Origin: the human T2T-CHM13v2.0 reference genome, Homo sapiens
NCBI RefSeq assembly: GCF_009914755.1
Contig: NC_060926.1
Direction: 5' to 3' (one strand)
DNA: 64,000 nt
This document shows, in pieces, positions 54,930-64,000 of this stretch (its first letter is position 1; each line of letters opens with the position of its first letter). The notes beneath the pieces are model-generated. The model worked only from the letters and a program-made list of their open reading frames with translations, searched no databases and was not told the DNA's origin. The translations under genes were made by a program, and so were the position numbers.

Positions 54930-55238
54930 TGCTGAGCATGGTGGCTCAGGCCTTGTAATCCCAGCACTTCGGGAGGCCAAGGCAGGCAGATTGTTTGAGG
55001 CCAGGAGTTTGAGACCAGCCAGGGCAACATGGAAAAACTCTGTCTCCACAAAAAATACTAAAATTAACCAGACGTGTGTGGTGGTATGTGCCTGTAGTCT
55101 TAGCTACTTGGGAGGCTGAGGTAGGAGGATCACCTGAGTCTGTGAGGTTGAGGCTGCAGGGAGCTGTGATTGCGCCACTGCACTCCAGCCTGGGCAACAG
55201 AGTGAGACTGTCAAAAATAATAATAATAACAAAAAAAA
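54930..55238 (+). mobile_element. AluJ
   Basis: GAGGTTGAGGCTGCAGGGAGCTGTGATTGCGCC with an (AAT)n/A tail. Confidence 0.92.
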
Positions 55239-56039
55239 TCCTTGAAAAAATGTAAATTGAGAATGTACAATGAGCAACTATTAAGATGATGGTAGAACTG
55301 TATATATTTTCAAAAGAGAGTCAATTACAGTAATTACGGGGTTTTTTGGACTAAGAAAAGAGAAAATTTTAGGCAAACTATAATTTTCAAAAGATTTGAG
55401 GAACTGGCCATATCAAAAAGCAGGTATATATATTTCCTGTTGCTTATAATTTAAAGAAAAGGCTGAAAATTGTATATTATTAAGTAGAAAAATTTAAGTC
55501 ATTATTAGGAAAATGTTGTTAAATAAGTAAGAAGTTTAAAAATTGAATAAAGTAATTGAAAAAATATGAATATTCTACTGTTACAGATTCTCAACCAGAA
55601 AACACATAATATTATAAAAACTACTTGGTTAAAAAAATAGAGAACAAACTATACTCTGCAGAGGAGGTACAAAATGACTTCAATATTGACTCTTAACTGC
55701 AATGACCTATATCTTCATTGATACTTTGCTACTTATATTCACTGTCTCAGTAAGTCCTCTTAACTGTATCTACATAATGCTTCATATTTTCCCTTTCTTT
55801 TGCCAAAGTATAATTGCAAAAAAATTAAAATGTGACTAATTTACAGAATGAATATATGTCAAATATTTATCTAAATTATTGAGGATACCAGTTGAATGAA
55901 AAAGTTAGTTTAAAGAAGAACTAAGAAAAATGTGTTTTATATATGCTACCAAAAGGGACATACTAAAACAAGTTTGCAAAATTAGAGGCATAATTAGTTA
56001 ATGCCCTACAATACACTCTAACTTTGGAACTAAGTTTTT

Positions 56040-57503
56040 ACGGAACAGGGATCATTTGCATCTCGATTGGCCGGGAGGGCAGCTCCAGGCACAGGCACAG
56101 TCAATAGCTCCGTGAAAACTTTGGTTGGATCCGATGCACCGCAAACAGCTGCTGCAGGCACCCGTGTCTGGACGAGGGTAACACAGTGGTGCCTGAAAGC
56201 TTGGAGATGCTAGAAACCACAGAGCCCCCAAAAGGGTGTCACATCCCTGGCTTGAGGAGCCCCTAGGTCTGGGCTCCCTGAATGGTTGCAGCCTGTTCTC
56301 TCCTTCTCATCGCCTGCAACTTCCTTGGGGGGTGTTGGGGAAGGGGGGTGGTTTCAACCCTGTTTGTGTTACAGTTCTTTCAGTCCCAGCAGCCATTCTG
56401 TGGGTCCTAAGTTTTTGTCCCGCATCCAGGGAGAATGAGGTATGCGGGCAGTTGGACGGTGAGCAAGGCAGAGAGAAGCTTTATTGAGGAAAGTAACAGC
56501 TCTCAGGAGACCCGAAGTGGGTAAATCCGTTCCTCAGGCAGGTCGTACAGACAAGTGTCCAGCTATCAGGAGAGAGGAAATCCAGAGTGGGTACCTCCTA
56601 TCAGAAGGCAGGTGGTCCCAACCAGGGTCCAGCTCTCAGCAGACAGGACACCCATGGTGGATAGCTACTTTCTGCAGGCAGATCACCTGACCAGTCGAGG
56701 AGACCTGAAGTGGGTAGCTCCTTCCTGCAGCTGGTAGTTCCCCTATCTGTATGAGGCTGGTTGAGTAAGGGTTTTTATGGGCTCAGAAGGGAGGAAGTGC
56801 ATGCTAACTGGTCCATGGGCGGCTATGGGTGGCCTGGGAAAAGCACCGTAAGTTCTCACTCCAGGCTGACGACTCCATCCGAACTGGCAGCCCAGCCCTC
56901 AGGCTGCAGGCTGTTCGTGGCTTGAAGGAGGGGTTTCACCAGGGACCTCTCCCTTCCCACCCAGGAGGCTGTCTGTCTCCTGCCAGCATCACCATGCCAT
57001 CCACAGCACCCCTGCTGACTGCCCCGAGGGGTGCCACAGGCCCGTGTTGAGCTGCCCTCAGCACCTCCTTGGTCTTCCTCCCGTGCTTGTCGGTACCCAA
57101 AATCCAGAGGAGGCCGAGGCAGCAGGGGGCTGGTCTGTCAGTGCTGCCCTAAGCGCATGCTCACAACAGGCCAGGTCGCCACAGTGCCTGGGCTCAGCTA
57201 CAACTTTGCTCTGCACCGGAGTGGAGACCATGAGAGGGAAAGAGGACAGGGAGGGGAAACAGAGACTGCAGGGGCAGGGGCTTCCCGGCCGCCTGGGGTG
57301 CAGGGATGCCCAGGTCTTGGAGCTGCAGCTGGGTGGCTGCAGTTGTGCCAGAGAGTATAGGGCTCCTGTCCCGCTGACTCAGTAGGGGACAGGAGCCTGT
57401 CCCTGGCCCCGCTGGCGCAGCAGAGCAAGCAGCCCCCCGGCCGCACCTCCCCCGCTGCAGCCGCATCTTTGCAGCAGCGGCTCCTGATGGGACAACACTG
57501 TCA
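56040..57503 (-). mobile_element. MER52-family LTR, 3' (U5) end missing
   Basis: Colinear with 20470-21842 (GAATGAGGTATGC, GGGGTTTCACCAGGGACC, GGCTGGTCTGTCAGTGCTG) and GC/CpG-rich. It has four copies of a GAGACC.GAAGTGGGTA-like unit and no TSD. Confidence 0.85.
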
Positions 57504-57570
57504 TGGCTACTACCCAGGTTAAAAACTCCAAAATATAAAGCAAGCGAAATATTCTTCCGTGCATCTATGA

Positions 57571-58036
<466 letters not shown>

Positions 58037-58843
58037 GAGACTCATGTTATTTCTTATGATGATAATTCATTATTTTTAATGCTGCATGGTATTCCATTTT
58101 ACACATAAATTTTATTGTTTTTGGACAGTTGTTTCTTGTTGGTGCTATGATAACGCTACTATGACTAATACATTGTTATTTTTGCTATAAATTGTCAATT
58201 ATATTTTATAGATTTTTAATGGAAAAAAGTTTTATATTTATGTACATATTTGCTATTCATTCTCCTCGTCATTCTGTTGAGTAGGTCAGAGTTTTCCATG
58301 TGCTGTCTTTTTCCTTAAGTTTCCTCTGATAGTACTTACAGCGTGAGTCTGATGTCCACTAATTCTTTTAACTTTCATTTGTCTGAAAATGTTTCCAGTT
58401 AAGCTTTTGGAAGGATATTTTATATTGGACAGGGAATAATAGACTGAGGTTGTTTTGGATTTTTTTTTTTCTCACAGTACTTCACAGATACTGTTCCTTT
58501 GTTATTTGCCCTGCTTAGGGTCTACCTAGACATCAACGAATGCTTTTATCTTGATTTTTTTAAATGTCTGATTTGTCTGCTTTTATGCTTTTCTTGTTTT
58601 CATTAGTTTCCAGAAATCTAATTTTTATGAGCTTATGTGTGGTTTTCTTTGTATTTCTCCTGCTTGACTGTGGTTGAGTTTCACAAATCTGTGAGTTTAT
58701 AATTTTTTAGTACATTTGAAAAACTTTTGTTGCTTTTTCAAACGCTACCTTTTTCTGGGACACAGATGTTAGGTCACTTGATGGTATCCTGTAGGTCAAT
58801 GAAACTCTATTAATTATTTCTTAGCCTTTATTTCTATGTTTCA

Positions 58844-59086
58844 TTTTAGGTCGTTTCTATTGCTAGGTCTTCAAGTTCACTTCCACAGTATCTACAAACT
58901 GCTGATAAACCTATTTAGTACATTTTTATTTCAGATATTATATATTTTAATACAATTCATTTTAGGTTTTGTTTTAGGTAGTTTCTATTGCTAGGTCTTC
59001 AACTTAACTTTCACAGTATCTACAAACTGCTGATAAACCTATTTAATAAATTTTTATTTCAGATATTATATATTTTAATACAATTC
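58844..59086 (+). repeat. Tandem duplication, 115-bp unit, period 128
   Basis: 58844-58958 and 58972-59086 differ at 6 positions. Confidence 0.93.
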
Positions 59087-59141
59087 CATTTTTGGGTCTT
59101 TTTATAGTCCCCATATATCACATTGTTTTCATGTTGTCTTT

Positions 59142-59173
59142 TACACTTGATCTTAGCCAAAATGCTGAGAAGC
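59142..59173 (-). pseudogene. U2 snRNA 5' fragment (tailless retropseudogene)
   Basis: The reverse complement GCTTCTCAGCATTTTGGCTAAGATCAAGTGTA matches U2 nt 4-35 at 30/32. Flanked by TTTCATGTTGTCTT / TTTCATGTTTTCCT. Confidence 0.9.
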
Positions 59174-60637
59174 TTTCATGTTTTCCTGTAAATCCTCAAG
59201 GATATTTATTAGAGTAGGTTTAAAGTTTTTTTTTTTGTTTTGTTTTGTTTTTCTGCTAATTCCATCATCACTGTCATTTGTGTCTATTGCTTGACTTTCC
59301 TCATGTTATGGATCACATTTTGCCCTGCAACCCTATCTAGAGTTCTATTTTCATTGAATTCTGGACAATGAATATGTTACACTGTGGAGTATTTATATTC
59401 TGTCAGCTTCCTTTAGAGAGTGTTATTTTGGTAGACCATTATGTCACATTCAGATCAGCTTGATGTTTTCAAGGCATGATTTTAGACAGGATGTTTCTAC
59501 AGTAGCCATTAGGCTGGAGATTATTTAGCATTACTAATCATTACGAATAAGGTACAAACCCAACACTGAATGTCCTGGGCATTCAGTGAAGTTTCTCTAC
59601 TGTGGCTGGTAAGAGTTTGAACATTTCCCATGGCTGTGTGAGCTGTGAAGATTGTTCAGGTTGCAGTCCCCAGCACTTGTTCTTTTCCTGGCCTCATGGA
59701 GTTTCATCCTACATGTGAACAGCTTTGGATTCTGTGAAAGGCTTAAGAGTACCTGATGAAGACTTCTAGAACTCTTTCTATGTTAGCTCCCTATTCTCCA
59801 GTGATCTGCTCCACCACTTCTGTCAAACCCTCTTCTAAATTTTATTTCTGTCTCCTTAACTCAGCAAGACTGTCATGTTCCATTTGATTCCCTGTCTGTG
59901 ATACAGGGTGCAGAAAATGCCTCAAGTAAGAAAACTGGGATAATCATAGGGCTCACCTTGGTTTTATTTATTTTTATTTTTTTGGTTTGTTTTCATTGTC
60001 TCAGAAACATTTTCTTTCACTGCCTATTGTCCCATATCTAAAAAGAGTTGTCTTATGTATTTTTGTCCAGTTTGCCAGTTGGCTGAAAGCTATTGGTTGT
60101 TTTAAACTCTTTGTTTGCTAACTCTAATAACTGTATTAACTGAGATTCTGCTCTTATTGACTTTTTCATCTTGATTACTCATATTTTTCTGTATATTGAT
60201 ATATCTCATATTTTTGTAGTATAATGGATATTAAGTACAAAATATCCAAAAGACTAAAAGGAATATTTTTCTTCCCTGGGAGAGTACACCATTTATTTTT
60301 TCTCTTTGGCAGATAGGGGAGAGTTTGGTCAACTCAAGCTAAACAAAAATGAACTAGTTAGAGGTTGAGTGGAAAATAAAGTTAGACTCTGTACACTTAT
60401 TTTCCAGTAGTCTGAAGTGCAACATTTATCATGTACTTGTTGTAGAATCCTCCTTTAGCCAGGTTATCTCCCTCAAGTGCCAAGATGTCATCTGTCTAAT
60501 TTACTTTATTGCTAAATGGGAAGAAATTTTATGACAAATGTTGACTGGTGCTAATACTGATGATTATCAAGACATTTAAAGATCAACAAGGCCTAAGGAA
60601 TTACCAATATGTTTATTATATATAATGTATAAGATAA

Positions 60638-60953
<316 letters not shown>

Positions 60954-61131
60954 TAATACATGAGGAATCTGTATACTGTGGATAAGAGCCTGTGACATTC
61001 ACAATGCATATGTCATCCAATTATCAGCCCTCATAATAACTTTATAGAGTATTTACTATTTTTTAGGTTTCAGTATGCTTACATTGTTTTTTCTCTTGAT
61101 AGAATTTGTATTTCCGCTAAGGTTGTCCTAA

Positions 61132-61438
<307 letters not shown>

Positions 61439-61565
61439 AGTTGTCCTAAATGTAATATGTTAACGGACAGGCTCTATTGCCTGATAGTAAGAATTGCTTG
61501 CATTAGTAAGCCTTTTAATACTTCTCAATTCACTCTCTGTAAATGGTTCCTATTCTTATTCTAAG

Positions 61566-61727
61566 TAATGGTCCTCAACCTTGGATTCACATCAGAATTA
61601 CATGAGTAGCATTTTAAATCCTGATGTCTGTGCCACAAATATAACCAAGTATATAACAATCCTTGGGGGATCAGTAGTTTTAAAAGATTCTCAGGTGATT
61701 CCAATCTGCAGTAGAGGTTGAAAACAC
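61566..61727. mobile_element. MER5A
   Basis: TGGTCCTCAACCTTGG..CACATCAGAAT...CAGGTGATTCCAATCTGCAG...GGTTGAAAAC, with decayed TIRs. Confidence 0.75.
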
Positions 61728-62970
61728 AAAACATTGTCCTAAACTTTCTTTTGTTCCTGTAGCTAATTTATATTTATATAGAATATGATTATTTCAGAAG
61801 CCATTGATAAACTTACTTTAAAGATTTGTTCCGATTCTGTGTATTGATTTGTCTCTCTAGAACTTTATACATGACCAGGATTTTGTGTATATTTATTTGC
61901 ATGTGTTTGTCAATAAAAAGTTACTACTTTTTCACAGGTTACATATTGATCCCTGCACAGGATTGAAATTCATTGTCTTTGGGTTGAGTTATTTTTTCTT
62001 TTTATTCTTCTCCTGCTACCCCTGGTAAAATGTGCTGCATATTTTAGTAATTTATTTTATCATAAACTTAAGAATCTTTCTTACTTTTTAAAATTTACAC
62101 CACATAGATTGTTTTTGCTGAATTCTCACTTGTTGAGAAAATTCCAAGGCTAGGTTTACAGACTTCTATGCTGGCATTTCCCAGTATATAAGAAAACAAT
62201 TAGAGGACATGATACAAGGTCCATAAGTGTGATTCAGTGGCAATTATCCTGAAAACAGAATCTCTGAAGTAGATGGCATTCTAAATCCCTCAAGTATTAA
62301 TAATAATAATCATAATTCTCAGATACAATCCTGCATTTTTCCTCTCTACTTCTTTCTAAACTGTACGTTTTTTACCATTATTTTATCAGAGTTGTCTCAT
62401 GATACTGATTGAATTTCCTTCCTTTCACTTCAGATATCTTTAGATTTGGAATATCTTTAACTCATGATTATTTGTATTTCCAGAGTCATGATCTCTTTTT
62501 GGTCTTATGGTGAGGTAAGTATGCCGTATGTAATGATTTTCGAGTTTGAAAGATCACAAATTTCTTAAATACTCTGACTCAAGTTCAAGTAATTCTGAGA
62601 GCATGCTTGAAGAAATAGGACTTTTAGTGAGAAGCATTCATTAGGAGTAGCAGAGCTGAGAACTGGGAAGAAGTAGAGAAAATGTGACATCCGGCTGTCT
62701 CTAAAGAAAAGGTATTTAATTATTGGAGGTTAATAATTTACTTGTAGTTTTTTCTTCTATACTTCGTAGTATAGAAGTATATTTGCAAGTGAACAATTTT
62801 CTTCATTTGGCATTCCCTTCAATGTTTGGGTGAACATTCTGCACGTTCTCATATGTGCTTCAAAATATGGTGTTTAAAACTGAACAAAATAAGCATTTTT
62901 ATAATCATTAATAATATAATGTTATCATATTATTAATCATACTAGTGTGATGTGCTGCCAAATGATGATT

Positions 62971-63802
<832 letters not shown>

Positions 63803-64000
63803 CTCTTAACTTTACACATAGTCTTATTTTTAACTCTAGTTATTTTTCATAAATTTTCATGGGAAGTACGATGTGGTGATGATTCTTTACATCTTATGTG
63901 TGGGAGACTGATTGTTTTGACAACTGTTAACTTACTTCAGTAAAATCTCATCTTATGATTTTAGTCTGTAGTTTTATTCCACACATTTAGAAGGTTTTTC

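Noticed and set aside
56500-56730. Spaced short repeats resembling a CRISPR-like array
   Set aside because: They are degenerate internal repeats of the MER52 LTR in a primate genome, with related spacers and no cas genes.
57100-57490. CpG-island gene promoter
   Set aside because: The GC/CpG content is explained by the MER52 LTR, and no adjacent first exon is evident.

Overview
AT-rich, repeat-dense primate genomic DNA, most likely human or great ape given the young AluY elements. It looks like a gene desert or the interior of a very large intron. No intact cellular protein-coding gene, tRNA, rRNA or CRISPR array is supported, and most ORFs in the track are chance products of Alu, LTR, L1 or T-rich sequence. 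The window is a layered transposon archive. Retroviral elements: an ERV1 env tail plus LTR, an internally deleted LTR1/HUERS-P2 provirus, two MER52 LTRs, a full MSTA provirus, and THE1, MSTB and MLT1 LTRs. Other elements: Tigger1 and Tigger2, several old L1M elements and HAL1, a twin-primed L1PA, about 16 Alu-family copies, MIR, L2 and MER5 remnants, and a tailless U2 snRNA retrocopy. I cannot support a new biological system here. The best leads are: (1) a 31-bp templated insertion copied from a unique junction 2 kb away into an AluJ; (2) a deleted provirus that leaves a compact unit of TATA, splice donor, splice acceptor, a 132-aa ORF for a myristoylatable Gag matrix domain, and AATAAA; (3) three + strand small-exon candidates, including a 12-nt microexon; (4) a closely spaced inverted AluY pair; (5) several template-switch or fold-back scars. 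Subfamily names come from recalled consensus sequences and need RepeatMasker/Dfam confirmation.
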